In this document: piece after piece, positions 1-8,722 of the stretch | Numbering within the stretch: position 1 is the first letter of the stretch | Layout: each line of letters starts with the position of its first letter | Virus record (IMG/VR): IMGVR_UViG_3300005288_000001 | Location: 96,001 to 160,000 of that record | DNA length: 64,000 nt | Origin: a virus | Reading direction: 5' to 3' (one strand) | Program-made: the position numbers and the translations under genes | Notes under the pieces: model-generated | The model's database searches: none | Told to the model about the DNA's origin: nothing | The model's input: the letters and a program-made list of their open reading frames with translations, nothing else

Positions 1-485
1 ATAACGTATTTCACATCTGTGAGTTTGGTCGAGAAAGTGATGGTGTTGATCGAGGTAGGAATCAGGTCAGCAAAATCAACACGTCGAATTTCGTGGTTGT
101 TTTGATCCAGGACAATCAAAGTGCCTGCCGAGAAGTCCGACCCACCGCCAGGAAGACCTGATTGCGCAGAACGGAAGTCTGTGTATTGCTGATATGTTAG
201 CGGAAAGCCGAGACCTTCCATCCACCCAAGCATAGCTGCGTAGTTGTCCATCTTGGCATCTACCATGAACGAAACAACCAGAGGGCCATACTGGAGTTGA
301 TTGGACGGCTGGTTCATCTTGACCAACGGTGTATTCGTTCCGAGAGCTTGTAGGCCAACTGATGGAATATTTGCTTCTTGGCAGAAGAAGGATACTCCGG
401 GCAGTTTAGCGATTGTCAGTTGAAAGCCATTCGCTGTGAGCGGATCAAGCGTTGCTGGAACAGGGCATGAAAGTGTATTTGGCAT
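1..485 (-). CDS. gp3: Tail tube terminator / tail completion protein (T4 gp3-like), 3' end outside window
   Basis: Not in the ORF track. Manual translation from ATG at 485 gives MPNTLSCPVPATLDPLTANGFQLTIAKLPGVSFFCQEANIPSVGL..., matching the gp3 'GF-F-I-KLP-V-FFCQ-ANIP' pattern. A late promoter lies just upstream. Confidence 0.8.
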   Translation of the reverse strand, partial: MPNTLSCPVPATLDPLTANGFQLTIAKLPGVSFFCQEANIPSVGLQALGTNTPLVKMNQPSNQLQYGPLVVSFMVDAKMDNYAAMLGWMEGLGFPLTYQQYTDFRSAQSGLPGGGSDFSAGTLIVLDQNNHEIRRVDFADLIPTSINTITFSTKLTDVKYV

Positions 486-489
486 CTGG

Positions 490-497
490 TATTTATG
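490..497 (-). promoter_or_regulatory. T4-type late promoter CATAAATA for gp3
   Basis: Minus strand reads CATAAATA-ccag-ATG. Confidence 0.7.
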
Positions 498-636
498 TGC
501 TCCTCTTTGACGCGATAGCTGAAAATCAGCCAAATATCCCTAGGCGTGACAGTGACTTACAAGCGTCGAAAAACGCGATTGGTGCCTCAGCGTAGGGTAG
601 CCGCCTCGCGCATAAAACGCTAACTGGCTGGCGTTT

Positions 637-666
637 TTGTGTTTGGTCTATGCTCTCAGGTAAACT
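637..666 (+). promoter_or_regulatory. Possible sigma70-type early promoter for the RNA ligase block
   Basis: TTGTGT-N18-TAAACT, followed by AGAGG and ATG at 674. Confidence 0.35.
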
Positions 667-673
667 AGAGGCT

Positions 674-1711
674 ATGTCAAAGTTTATCTCATACGGCTCC
701 ATTGGCCAATTCCGGGACACGGTTCGTTCCTGTCAACAATGGTTCGAGCATCACCAGTTGCCCAAGGGTAAGATGTCGTTTCACGGAACCGTCAAGCTGC
801 ATGGCACAAATGCTGGCATCGGCTACGATCCAAAGACTGGTGAACTCTGGGCTCAATCTCGTTCCAACATCATCACGGTGGAAAAGGATAACGCTGGCTT
901 CGCGGCATACGTTGAGAAGAACAAGGACTTGATTACCAAATTCATGCACAATGAAGTGCAGGGATATCTTGGTGGCGATCAAATCAAGGTGGCCTATGGT
1001 GAGTGGTGTGGCGGAAACATCCAGAAGGGTGTGGCTCTGAATGGTATCGAAAAGTTCTTCGTCTTGTTCGACATCAAGACTGTCAATGAGACGGATGCAG
1101 AAGCCGAGAATGGGAATGATTCGTCGAACGTCTACATGAACTCTAAGGACCTCGACAATCTGTGCTATCCTACGATGCCAGAAATGGTGGCGATTCGCTT
1201 CTACTGCTCCGAACACTTCCCAACGTTCGATATGGAAATCGACTTCAGCTTTCCTGAAGCCAGCGTCCAGAAACTAATCGACATTACGGAAGAAGTTGAA
1301 CGCTGCTGTCCCGTCGGGAAGCACTTTGGCGTTGAGGGAGTCGGTGAAGGAGTAGTCTGGAAGGCTGCAATGCATCCGCACATTCGCTTCAAGTCCAAGG
1401 GTGAAAAGCATAGCGACACGAAAGTGAAAACCATTGTAGCTGTGGACGTTGAGAAGGTCAACTCGATTCGCGAGTTTGTTGCTAACGTACTGACCGACCA
1501 CCGAATGGAGAAGATGATCGACCTGATGAAACAGGAGGGTCTGCCGATCGAGCCAAAGCATACAGGTAATTTCCTTAAACTCGTTATGAACGATGTACTT
1601 AAGGAAGAAACTGACACGTTCATTCAGAGTGGCTTCGTATGGAAGGACCTGACTGGACCCCTGAGCAAAACCGCTCGCGACTGGTATCTTACACAAACTC
1701 AAGCTCTATGA
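674..1711 (+). CDS. rnl2: RNA ligase, Rnl2 family
   Basis: Nucleotidyltransferase motifs KLHGTN, YGEWCG, FVLFDI, GEGVVW and FKSK. Start moved to ATG 674 because of the GAGG Shine-Dalgarno (SD) site. Confidence 0.85.
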   Translation: MSKFISYGSIGQFRDTVRSCQQWFEHHQLPKGKMSFHGTVKLHGTNAGIGYDPKTGELWAQSRSNIITVEKDNAGFAAYVEKNKDLITKFMHNEVQGYLGGDQIKVAYGEWCGGNIQKGVALNGIEKFFVLFDIKTVNETDAEAENGNDSSNVYMNSKDLDNLCYPTMPEMVAIRFYCSEHFPTFDMEIDFSFPEASVQKLIDITEEVERCCPVGKHFGVEGVGEGVVWKAAMHPHIRFKSKGEKHSDTKVKTIVAVDVEKVNSIREFVANVLTDHRMEKMIDLMKQEGLPIEPKHTGNFLKLVMNDVLKEETDTFIQSGFVWKDLTGPLSKTARDWYLTQTQAL

Positions 1712-1899
1712 TTATCGCAACAATTGTTATCCTGCTGTTCGCCTGGGTGGGCATCAGCCTTTGGTGGGTCTACCAAGAACTCCACGGCAACCATAGCACT
1801 CCTGATTCCTGGTGGACATGGTTTAAGTCTGCTCCTGTCCTGGGTATTCTCTGGGTGGTTGAACAGGCACAAAAGGCCAAGAAGCACGGGATCAAGTAA
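1708..1899 (+). CDS. Small membrane protein
   Basis: ATGA overlap with the rnl2 stop; hydrophobic N-terminus MIIATIVILLFAWVGISLWWVY. Confidence 0.65.
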   Translation: MIIATIVILLFAWVGISLWWVYQELHGNHSTPDSWWTWFKSAPVLGILWVVEQAQKAKKHGIK

Positions 1900-2252
1900 T
1901 GGACAAATACGTATTTGTTAAAACATCCCATAATTGGGCTGATGAATTCGACATGGGTGGTTGTTTCGTGGCTATCGATTCCGAGTTCGGAGCAATTATG
2001 GATAAGATTCAAGTTGCCTTCGAGAAAGGTTTCATCACCGAGGATGACGAATTTCACTTTGGTACCAACGAGGGTTTGTCCTTCTATGACTGGGAAGACT
2101 TCCGATCAGGTGTTCGAGTTCAAGAATGTAGCAAACCTTTCTACGATGAATTTCGAATCATGTGTCCTTACGGAGTTGGTTATGACGTGATCGACAATAT
2201 ACTGGACGCCATCGCTAATTCGGAGACTGACCTTGACGAAAGCCAACGATAA
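1899..2252 (+). CDS. Hypothetical acidic phage protein
   Basis: TAATG coupling; 117 aa with an 'NWADEFD' motif. Confidence 0.75.
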   Translation: MDKYVFVKTSHNWADEFDMGGCFVAIDSEFGAIMDKIQVAFEKGFITEDDEFHFGTNEGLSFYDWEDFRSGVRVQECSKPFYDEFRIMCPYGVGYDVIDNILDAIANSETDLDESQR

Positions 2253-2367
2253 TCAACACTCCTTCAGTCGGAGAATTCTGAACTGGAGGTATTGCTGCTA
2301 CTGTGGCCTTATCAATCTAAGCAACGATGCAACAAGACGAGAAATGCGCCGCGCCTGCGAACGCTGA
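2233..2367 (+). CDS. Small Cys/His (possibly zinc-binding) protein, 44 aa, TTG start
   Basis: GGAG SD 7 nt before TTG; translates MTKANDNQHSFSRRILNWRYCCYCGLINLSNDATRREMRRACER; fills the gap in the operon. Confidence 0.55.
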   Translation: MTKANDNQHSFSRRILNWRYCCYCGLINLSNDATRREMRRACER

Positions 2368-2539
2368 TTTGGTTTATCGTTTGCGGAAACGTGCTGAGAT
2401 TCGCAGACAAATCCCTTCCCGGAAATCAGTTCAGGAAGGTTCCCCTGACCGTTTGGCGGACTTGCTTGAAGAAGCTGCCAATGAAATTGAAAGATTACAA
2501 AATGAAGAAATTGCTTGCCGCCTTCGGCATTGCCCTTAG
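2327..2539 (+). CDS. Hypothetical phage protein
   Basis: DLVYRLRKRAEIRRQIPSRKSVQEG-PDRLADLLEEAANEIE resembles a recurrent small phage protein. The start is uncertain. Confidence 0.7.
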   Translation: MQQDEKCAAPANADLVYRLRKRAEIRRQIPSRKSVQEGSPDRLADLLEEAANEIERLQNEEIACRLRHCP

Positions 2540-2675
2540 CGGCTTCTTGCTGTTTATTCTGCTAATAACTCTGTTGTCACTCTTCCCCGTTGCATTCTTC
2601 ATGGTGGTACTTATTGGATTCGGGACATGGTTTGCCTACGGTTGGATCGATGAATGCACGGAGTGGTTCAAATGA
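2502..2675 (+). CDS. Small two-TM membrane protein
   Basis: C-terminal part of ORF 2292..2675, from MKKLLAAFGIALSGFLLF... Confidence 0.65.
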   Translation: MKKLLAAFGIALSGFLLFILLITLLSLFPVAFFMVVLIGFGTWFAYGWIDECTEWFK

Positions 2676-2737
2676 GCGATTACATTTGCCTCAAGTGTCT
2701 ATCTTGGTGTTGCCGTTGCTATAGACGACGAACATAA
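2672..2737 (+). CDS. Putative 21-aa Cys-rich microprotein
   Basis: ATGA overlap and GGAG SD; MSDYICLKCLSWCCRCYRRRT*; ends at the terminator. Confidence 0.4.
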   Translation: MSDYICLKCLSWCCRCYRRRT

Positions 2738-2760
2738 AAAAGGGTTCCCGAAGGAACCCT
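2736..2760 (-). terminator. Rho-independent terminator downstream of gp23, probably bidirectional
   Basis: Minus strand AGGGTTCC-TTCG-GGAACCCT followed by a T tract; lies between convergent units. Confidence 0.9.
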
Positions 2761-2821
2761 ATTAAACGCCGGTCTTAGAGCCGGCTTTATTTTGCTGGAC
2801 CCGCAAGCCCAGCACACAACA

Positions 2822-4156
2822 TTACATGATGTTGTTAACGATAACACGACGGTAGTACATGTTACCGGTCGTTTGCGACGTACCAGCAGCCATGTTAGTT
2901 CCACCGTTGTCCAGCGTTACGAACGGGTTCGAAACCATGCCGTAGCGGGTCTTGAACGCGATCTTTGGTTGGAACGTGTTAGGATCAACAGCGCGAACCA
3001 ATTGCAGCGGAACGTATGGGCAGTAGAACATACCAGCGTCGAAAGGCGAAGTACCCTTGTAACCAGCGATGAAATACTGTGGGTTTGCACCACCGTTAGC
3101 CGAGAATGGATCGATATAGACCTTGTACTTACCGTTCAGGATACCGGCGAAAGTCGAAGTAGCTTCGTCAATCTTCAGGCCTGCGTTAGCAGCAGCAAGA
3201 GCTGGCTGAACGTCAAGAATACCAGCCATAGCCAGAGCGGATGCAACATCTGACGAGCAGATGATGAAGTTACCGCGACCACGACGGGTTTGTTGAGCAA
3301 TAACGTTTGCTTCACGTTCGATCTGGAACATCAGACCCTTGAACTTTTCTACCGACCAACGACCGTTAGCGTCAACGTCCAAGTCGAAAGTACCAGCCGT
3401 AGCAGTAGTACCAGCAACAGCACCAGGGCGAGCCGTGATGTAAACGTTACGAACAACTTCGCGGTTAATTTCGCCCAGCATTTCGCTCGACAGAATGTTG
3501 CTCAGTTCGGCTTCAGCGTCAAGACCGTGAATTGACTTCATGTCTTGTGCCAGTTCGATCGAGTACTCAGCCTTCAGCGCGCGGGTAACGGCTGTAACGC
3601 TGGTCTTCTCGATTGAGAACGCCATTTGGTTCAGAGTGGTAGCTCCACCGAAGTCTTCACCCGTAGCTGTCGAAACGCCAGTTGCACGAGTGTAAGAACC
3701 ACCAGGAAGAACCGCTGGGTTAGTACCAGCTTGTCCAGCACCTAGGGCTTGACCAGTAGAGAAACCAGTGTCAGCTTCGTTGAAAAGAGCTTCAGTACCA
3801 CCTTGGGTAGAATACTTGCTCTTCATCGCGAAGATCAGACCAGTTGGTTGGGTCATTGGCTGAACACCGCAAATGTCATAAGCGATCATTTGTGGCATAG
3901 CACGGCGGACCAGGCTGATCATGACTGGGTCGAACTTAGCGACACCACCAGTATCAGGGTACGAACCCACGCTGTTAGCTGGAGCTGCTTCATTCAGCAT
4001 GCCCATAGCTTGGTTGGAACTGTTAAGTTCACGTTCCTGGTTTTCCAGGAGAACCGCAGTAACTTCCTTACGGTAGTTATCGCGAATTTCAGGTTGCGAA
4101 GTGTGCTCAAGGATGGCAGACCACTTCTTAACCAGAGCGTTACGATCAATCGTCAT
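2822..4156 (-). CDS. gp23: Major capsid protein
   Basis: T4 gp23 motifs DPVMISLVRRAMP, CGVQPMTQPTGLIFAM, RALKAEYSIELAQD and FYCPYVPLQ. Confidence 0.98.
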   Translation of the reverse strand: MTIDRNALVKKWSAILEHTSQPEIRDNYRKEVTAVLLENQERELNSSNQAMGMLNEAAPANSVGSYPDTGGVAKFDPVMISLVRRAMPQMIAYDICGVQPMTQPTGLIFAMKSKYSTQGGTEALFNEADTGFSTGQALGAGQAGTNPAVLPGGSYTRATGVSTATGEDFGGATTLNQMAFSIEKTSVTAVTRALKAEYSIELAQDMKSIHGLDAEAELSNILSSEMLGEINREVVRNVYITARPGAVAGTTATAGTFDLDVDANGRWSVEKFKGLMFQIEREANVIAQQTRRGRGNFIICSSDVASALAMAGILDVQPALAAANAGLKIDEATSTFAGILNGKYKVYIDPFSANGGANPQYFIAGYKGTSPFDAGMFYCPYVPLQLVRAVDPNTFQPKIAFKTRYGMVSNPFVTLDNGGTNMAAGTSQTTGNMYYRRVIVNNIM

Positions 4157-4180
4157 AATTTCCTCTATTGTTAAAAATTC

Positions 4181-5191
4181 TTACTTGTTGAAACGATCAA
4201 GTGCTTGGGAGTACTGAGCCATACGACCAGTCAGGACTGGCTTAACGTCTTCAGATAGTTCCACTGGAGCATCAGTAACAACCGATTCGGTCAGTACCTT
4301 TGAACCAGACTTCTTAGCGAAGTAGCTTTCACGGATTGTCTGTAGCTTTGAAGCGAAGGCTTCAGCACTTTCGAACACCAGCTCTTCAGCCAGGCTTGAG
4401 AACTTTTCGATTTCTACGTCGGTCAGTCCAGCAGCAGCTTCAGCAACCATATCCGCCTTCTTCATTTCTGATAGAGCTTTAGATAGGTTAACTGTTTCTG
4501 CAACCGATTCGTCCAACTTGGTCGTCAGTTCAGCAACTTGTTCTTCCAGCGATGCCAATACATCGAACTTTTCTTCAGGGACTTCGATGTAGCTCTCAAC
4601 GAACAACGCCTTCAATCCACTGACGAACCCTTCCATGATTTCGGTCTTCAAACTAGACTCAAGGGCAAGTGCATTATCTTTCAACCACTTCTCAGCAACT
4701 AGTGCGAGATATCCATCAACTTGTTCAACAAGTCCCTCGGCAGCTTCTTCAAACTGTTCTTGCAGACGCTGTTCAAACTCTTCTTCAAGGCGAACAACTT
4801 CTGTCTTTACACGGCTAACCACGGCAGCTTCGAAAATTGTCGTTGCCTTGGTCTTAAATTCTTCCGAAAGGTCTTCACCATTCATCAGCGCTTCTACGTC
4901 AGCAGAAACGTCAACTTCCAGTTCTTCACGGGTTTGGCCCGGAGCCGAGAAGTGTGATGGGAACTTACCTTCAGGTGCTGTAGCGTTACCCTTAACCGAA
5001 CCTTGCTTCAGATTGCTCTTAGCAATAACCGATTGGTTAGTGTTGTTACGCTTAACGTTAGGCTCATCTACGCCGTCGTTGTTTCCAGGTGCGGTCTTAG
5101 GTCCGTCTCCGACCTTGTCAGCGCCAACCTTTTCTACGATTTCTTCCTTTGATTCGTTAACCAAATCGCGGATTGTCTTTTCAATCGACAT
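4181..5191 (-). CDS. gp22: Prohead core scaffold protein
   Basis: LSEEFKTKATTIFEAAV and VDGYL motifs; acidic coiled coil between 21 and 23. Confidence 0.95.
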   Translation of the reverse strand: MSIEKTIRDLVNESKEEIVEKVGADKVGDGPKTAPGNNDGVDEPNVKRNNTNQSVIAKSNLKQGSVKGNATAPEGKFPSHFSAPGQTREELEVDVSADVEALMNGEDLSEEFKTKATTIFEAAVVSRVKTEVVRLEEEFEQRLQEQFEEAAEGLVEQVDGYLALVAEKWLKDNALALESSLKTEIMEGFVSGLKALFVESYIEVPEEKFDVLASLEEQVAELTTKLDESVAETVNLSKALSEMKKADMVAEAAAGLTDVEIEKFSSLAEELVFESAEAFASKLQTIRESYFAKKSGSKVLTESVVTDAPVELSEDVKPVLTGRMAQYSQALDRFNK

Positions 5192-5230
5192 TCATTACTC
5201 CTAATGTGTTATTAGATGTCCTACAGATTT

Positions 5231-5238
5231 TATTTATA
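5231..5238 (-). promoter_or_regulatory. Late promoter TATAAATA for 22-23
   Basis: Perfect T4 late consensus in the 21/22 intergenic space. Confidence 0.85.
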
Positions 5239-5260
5239 CTCTATAGAATTTCTGATTCGC

Positions 5261-5908
5261 TTACTTGACGCTCTTTAGGAGACGTTCAAAATAAGCGGCT
5301 TGATTTTCAGCAACAACCTTTGCAGGCAGGCGCTTAATTTCTTGTTGGATCGCTTCCGCTACCATCCAAGTACCTGTACTCGCGTTGAATGCCCATTCCT
5401 TGTTTTCCATAATGCCTTGGACCCAAGCCTTTTGGCTAGAAGGGTCAGACACGATGTCAGCAGCGGTTGAGAGCATAAAGTCGTTTTGTACAATCTTGAT
5501 ACCGTTTTGTTCTACCAGCGAACCCATACCACGGGAACTGACACCAAGGCAAGCACCTTCGTCAAGAAGGCTCTTGACGATTTTGCCCATTGGGGTATCC
5601 AGAATTTTGGCCTTACCCAGGAAGTAGTTTCCTTCTTGAGTCAGGGATTTGATCATGTGCGAAGCGCGGTCGAGATTAACCGTTGGCCCTTCTGGATGTC
5701 CTAGTTCGCCAAAAGCACGATTCTTTTCAATGAATTCGGTGCGGTAGCGTGCAACTTCACGTTCCATAATATCTAGTGGATACGAACGCTTGTTGCGATT
5801 TGGGTCAACGGCTTGCAGGAAATAACCTTCAATGAAGTACTGCTTCTTGCCTTCTTTTTCTTCGACGATCCATTGGATGTCTTCGTTGAGTTCTGTGAAC
5901 AGTTTCAT
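5261..5908 (-). CDS. gp21: Prohead protease
   Basis: GELGHP, GVSSRGMG and DIVSDPS catalytic motifs. Confidence 0.97.
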   Translation of the reverse strand: MKLFTELNEDIQWIVEEKEGKKQYFIEGYFLQAVDPNRNKRSYPLDIMEREVARYRTEFIEKNRAFGELGHPEGPTVNLDRASHMIKSLTQEGNYFLGKAKILDTPMGKIVKSLLDEGACLGVSSRGMGSLVEQNGIKIVQNDFMLSTAADIVSDPSSQKAWVQGIMENKEWAFNASTGTWMVAEAIQQEIKRLPAKVVAENQAAYFERLLKSVK

Positions 5909-5916
5909 GTTATTCC

Positions 5917-6330
5917 TTAGGCGGTTGCTGACGTAGGATCGTCGTATGAACCGTATTGTTCAGGTTGAATCTTGGTCTTGTAACCACCAACCTTGTGGAC
6001 CTTAATCCAAATTTGTACTTCGGCAGCAGCAGTTGTAATAACGATGTCGTTAGTATTACCACCATTGTCCATGTGGAAGCCAGCATTAGGCGTCAGGGAA
6101 CCAGTAGGGCCTGCGCAGGTAGCGATGGTTACACCGTTACGAACGATAGTAGCTGTGCCGGTGGTAGTCGTCCAAGTGATACCGACGATATTAACCGTCT
6201 GCGTAGCACCATCGAGAACTTCCCAGGCACCAAGCAGGTCAACGTCCAAGTCAATGGTGTTGGCTCCAGCGGCACCTTCGATCTTAATTAGAGCTTCGTT
6301 GTTACGAAGTGAGATAATACGCTTGGCCAT
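5917..6330 (-). CDS. Hypothetical head-region protein (gp68 position)
   Basis: Coupled ORF between the gp67-like gene and gp21; beta-rich. Assigned by synteny only. Confidence 0.65.
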   Translation of the reverse strand: MAKRIISLRNNEALIKIEGAAGANTIDLDVDLLGAWEVLDGATQTVNIVGITWTTTTGTATIVRNGVTIATCAGPTGSLTPNAGFHMDNGGNTNDIVITTAAAEVQIWIKVHKVGGYKTKIQPEQYGSYDDPTSATA

Positions 6331-6497
6331 TATTCGTCCTGTGTATCTTCAGGCGTATTGAACAGGCTCTTGGCTAGCTGCTCGCGCTTGGCTTGGATGA
6401 TTTCTGAAATACGATTCTTCATAAGATCGTTAAACAGTTGATCTGTAGCTTGAGAGTCTTCACTCGCAGCTGCGTAAATTAGGTCTAGTGCTGACAT
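6330..6497 (-). CDS. gp67: Prohead core protein, gp67-like (55 aa)
   Basis: Manual translation MSALDLIYAAASEDSQATDQLFNDLMKNRISEIIQAKREQLAKSLF...; AAGGA SD; directly after portal. Confidence 0.75.
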   Translation of the reverse strand: MSALDLIYAAASEDSQATDQLFNDLMKNRISEIIQAKREQLAKSLFNTPEDTQDE

Positions 6498-6511
6498 ATT
6501 ATTCCTTCAGG

Positions 6512-8155
6512 TTATTTAGTAGATTTAGGCTTTGGCTTAGAAGCGTTATTGGCCTTAATCTCGTCCTTCTTTAGATCGGAACCATGCTCGGCATTCTCTT
6601 GATCGATGCCTTGTTGATGTTGAGCCATTTCCTGGTCCATACCCATCTGCATAGACATTTGAGCTTGCTCAAGCGGCGACGGTGTAAGTGCTGGATCTTC
6701 CTTCTTACTATCGTTTTCCATACCCTTAGCCATGAGTTCGATTTCCTCGTCGGTTTGCATCAGGACGTTCTTCTTAACAAAAGTAACGTCGTAGAAGCGA
6801 CCAATGTATGGTTCGATCAGTTGCAGGGTGGCCAAACGAGATTGCAGAATTTCTGATTCTTTAAGCTCAGCAAAATGGTTGTCGCGAATAAAGTCGAACT
6901 GGAAGAACTGCTTATTGTCATCCCAATCGTCCGGGGACATAATGCCCTTGGAGATCAGTTGAACGCGCAGGGCTTCAATGAATAGTTTCGAGAACTTCTT
7001 ACGCAGACGGCTAACGAATTTGCTGAACTTGATTTCGTCACGCGAGATTTCGCTTGACTTGCCCATCGAGAAACCAGTGGAAGGCACAAGGCGACCCAAT
7101 GGAACGTTCAGGCTGCTATACAACTTATTCTGAAAGTGTTCAACGTCTTCAAGATTCTGGAGGTTTTGTCCACCAGCCAATGTGGTAATTTCCGTACCCT
7201 TGCCGCCTTCGCGACGTGGCATCCAGAAGTCTTCCATCATAGACATATGCTTACGGTCATCACGAACTTCACCAGTTGTGGCGTCGTAAACAATCTTGTT
7301 ACGATATTTGTTCATGATGTCAGTGACGTATTGTTCCGCCTTCAGCTTTGGAAGGTTACCAACGTCAATGTAGAAAATGCGGCGCTCAGGTGCACGGCTG
7401 AGACGATAGATAACGAGGCTATCCTCAATCATCTTAAGTTGGTTAACAGTCTTTACAGCCTTGTGTAGATAACTGATAACGGTGCCAGTAGCTCCATCGA
7501 TGATACCGGATGGAACGTAGATAACCGAATCCTTGGATAGCTTAACGCCTTGCGTTGTCTTTTCCGAAAGACCCTTGTCGTTGTAAAGATAGTACTCTTC
7601 AACCGAGACAACCATGTCTACACCGGTCGGCGACTTCTTCTTTTTAACGTCCTTGACATAACGAATCTTGCGAGGGTCGATCTTGATGATATCAATGATC
7701 CCGTCCTTCGGCTTCGATGGATCAAGAAGAATGTGGTAGTAGAGGCGTCCGTCGATATACCAGTTACGGAAGATCTCGTGACCATTCTCTTCAAATTTGA
7801 ACAAGCGAACCATTTCCTCAAACTCATCACGAATCTTCTTCTTGATGGCGTCTGACATCTTTAGATCGTCTAGGTCGATATCTACCGACTTCTGACCATC
7901 CTCAGCTGAAATTGCTTCGTTGATAATGTCTTCGATTGCTGAATCGCAATCAGGGTAAGCTGCGGCTTCACGGTAACGACGGATAAGGTCGTTTTCATTC
8001 TTGATAGTGGCTTCTAAGTCGAGGACCTGTGAATAATATGCGGCCCCATCGGAGCCGAACATCGTTGCGCCATCGTCAGCAGGAGGGCTTACTACAGCCT
8101 GTACTGCTGACGATAGGGGTTTCTTCTTGCCAATTGTAAAACCAAATAATTCCAT
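6512..8155 (-). CDS. gp20: Portal vertex protein
   Basis: YRLSRAPERRIFYIDVGNLP and EDFWMPRREGGKGTEITTL motifs. Confidence 0.98.
   Translation of the reverse strand: MELFGFTIGKKKPLSSAVQAVVSPPADDGATMFGSDGAAYYSQVLDLEATIKNENDLIRRYREAAAYPDCDSAIEDIINEAISAEDGQKSVDIDLDDLKMSDAIKKKIRDEFEEMVRLFKFEENGHEIFRNWYIDGRLYYHILLDPSKPKDGIIDIIKIDPRKIRYVKDVKKKKSPTGVDMVVSVEEYYLYNDKGLSEKTTQGVKLSKDSVIYVPSGIIDGATGTVISYLHKAVKTVNQLKMIEDSLVIYRLSRAPERRIFYIDVGNLPKLKAEQYVTDIMNKYRNKIVYDATTGEVRDDRKHMSMMEDFWMPRREGGKGTEITTLAGGQNLQNLEDVEHFQNKLYSSLNVPLGRLVPSTGFSMGKSSEISRDEIKFSKFVSRLRKKFSKLFIEALRVQLISKGIMSPDDWDDNKQFFQFDFIRDNHFAELKESEILQSRLATLQLIEPYIGRFYDVTFVKKNVLMQTDEEIELMAKGMENDSKKEDPALTPSPLEQAQMSMQMGMDQEMAQHQQGIDQENAEHGSDLKKDEIKANNASKPKPKSTK
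6513..6520 (-). promoter_or_regulatory. Late promoter ACTAAATA
   Basis: Overlaps the portal stop, upstream of the gp67-like SD. Confidence 0.65.
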
Positions 8156-8178
8156 AACAACTAGTTATTCAACTAGAA

Positions 8179-8706
8179 TTAGCCGGTGGTCAGGTTGGTC
8201 TCGTACCAGTTGTAAACGAACTGAACACTGAATTGTTGAATGTTTGGATTATCGTACGACAGTTCCATTTCACCGATGTCGGTTGGATACGCGTCGAAGA
8301 AGGTATACGTCTTCAGCACGTTGTTGTTACGATCCAGTTGGTCAACGATCAGGGTTGCTTGGTAGTCAGCTGGGTTTGTGAGACCGGTCGTGTCTTGCAG
8401 ATTTGCAATCCCGTTAGACCAACGCTCAAAAGCCTTGCGGACGAAAAAGTCGCCGTCGTTAAGAACAGTGATATTCCATGGAGCGTAAGCACGTTCACCA
8501 GCGAAGTGCACTGGACGGCCGCGATACGCAACAGGGATATCTTCGATTGTCATTGCTGGAACCGAAGCAGCCTTACATAGGAACGAAGCAGCCTGGGCTG
8601 CTTGTCCACCAGCCACGAAGGCTGGGAAAGCGAGCGTCACTTGGAATTGGTTGGAGCGAGCTCCACCCTGACGCATTTGGTTCTTGAATTCTGTGATTGT
8701 AGGCAT
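8179..8706 (-). CDS. gp19: Tail tube protein
   Basis: GGARSNQFQV, AGER..PWNITVLND and DAYPT motifs; follows the sheath gene. Confidence 0.95.
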   Translation of the reverse strand: MPTITEFKNQMRQGGARSNQFQVTLAFPAFVAGGQAAQAASFLCKAASVPAMTIEDIPVAYRGRPVHFAGERAYAPWNITVLNDGDFFVRKAFERWSNGIANLQDTTGLTNPADYQATLIVDQLDRNNNVLKTYTFFDAYPTDIGEMELSYDNPNIQQFSVQFVYNWYETNLTTG

Positions 8707-8722
8707 TTCTATCCTTTAAAAA

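Noticed and set aside
498-660. Intergenic region as a tRNA or ncRNA
   Set aside because: No cloverleaf or T-loop motif; only a modest AAAACGC/GCGTTTT inverted repeat between divergent promoters.
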